Origin: Halocafeteria seosinensis
Taxonomy: Eukaryota
Length of the DNA stretch: 20,000 bases
Direction: 5' to 3'
Assembly (NCBI GenBank): GCA_001687465.1
Contig: LVLI01000603.1
Coordinates: 44,450 to 64,449 of the forward strand
Shown: piece after piece, positions 19,205 to 20,000 of the stretch
Position numbering within the stretch: the stretch's first letter is position 1
Layout: every line of letters begins with the position of its first letter
Translations under genes and position numbers: made by a program
The notes under the pieces: model-generated
Told to the model about the DNA's origin: nothing
The model's database searches: none
The model's input: the letters and a program-made list of their open reading frames with translations, nothing else

Positions 19205-20000
19205 CCTCTATGGTTTCCAGGTGTATTCAACACTAACAACAATCTAACCACTACAGTACATGAAACTATCCTAGCCTACTATACACTACTTGTAACAATA
19301 GCGTGTGAAAACTTTCGTTCACACTGTCCGGCGGCTAGGGATGCTTTGGGTAAGATATCGCCATACAAAAATAGTTGGTATTGTTACCAACGAACATATC
19401 CTCTAATTAGCATGTCGACACTCTTTTCATGAGTATTCGAGGATTCCTTATAACTTTACTACCAGGTCGAAATCCGAATCCCAATTTGTCGGCGTTGTGA
19501 AGCATGTGGAAGCAAGTCCATGCGGCTTTCTTAGGCTGGTGCAGCTTAAGAGGTGAGTACGATGACGATTGTGAAGATATGGGCGATCTAGATGTGTTAC
19601 ACATCGGAACGGATGCAGCTACTACCCCAGATACCGACACAAGGAGAGCAGGGTCGGCCTGAGGGTAAGCCCTTCGCAAAGCAGGCCAACCGCCAATACA
19701 ACGAAGAATAGACCGCAAAATGTACGAGTTCTCGAGCGCCAGGTCGGTTCCCTCCGTCGGACCCTTTCTCGGCTTGGCGTGGACCCAGAGGTGGTCTTGA
19801 TCGAAACATATCATCTTGACTCGTTCTTCTTGTCCGTCTTCACTCTACGGAAATGAGCAATTAGTGATACAATTAACGGATAGGGATTTAGAGGAGAATA
19901 GGCTGTTGAATTGTTAAGGAACCAATATCGTCATTACCCTATGTTGGCTACAAGCTTCTTTTTGGTCCGTGGAGCCCCCTGTGCACTCTACCTTAGACCG

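Noticed and set aside
19407..19814. 135-aa minus-strand ORF upstream of the Vms1-like gene
   Set aside because: No recognisable domain and no convincing splice connection. It cannot be supported from this window.

Overview
Eukaryotic (protist-like, probably stramenopile; taxon is inference) genomic DNA with compact genes and short GT-AG introns of about 53-87 nt. Host genes that I spliced by hand into continuous frames: a PH-domain/PP2A B56 regulatory subunit fusion (145-2470), glyoxylate/hydroxypyruvate reductase (2691-4383), a small Arg/Ser/Lys-rich protein (4694-5311), a 22-exon secreted three-module LRR protein built from phase-2 one-repeat cassette exons (6206-10107), and a compact Vms1/ANKZF1-like gene (19204-17141, minus). 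Between the LRR and Vms1 genes lies an accessory island with no recognisable introns. Its core is a 4.9-kb unit bounded by ~330-bp inverted repeats (10483-10812 / 15075-15404). The unit contains a frameshifted Crinkler/RHS-type NTPase-REase gene (minus), an iteron-like repeat-plus-hairpin block, and a 668-aa DUF3505-like zinc-finger + tyrosine-recombinase-like ORF resembling the N-terminal half of fungal telomere-linked helicases (plus), truncated by the repeat itself. A decayed GLUG-like repeat gene follows. The best candidate for an undescribed system is a tyrosine-recombinase mobile element carrying a Crinkler-like nuclease cargo. All family assignments are from motif recognition, not database searches.
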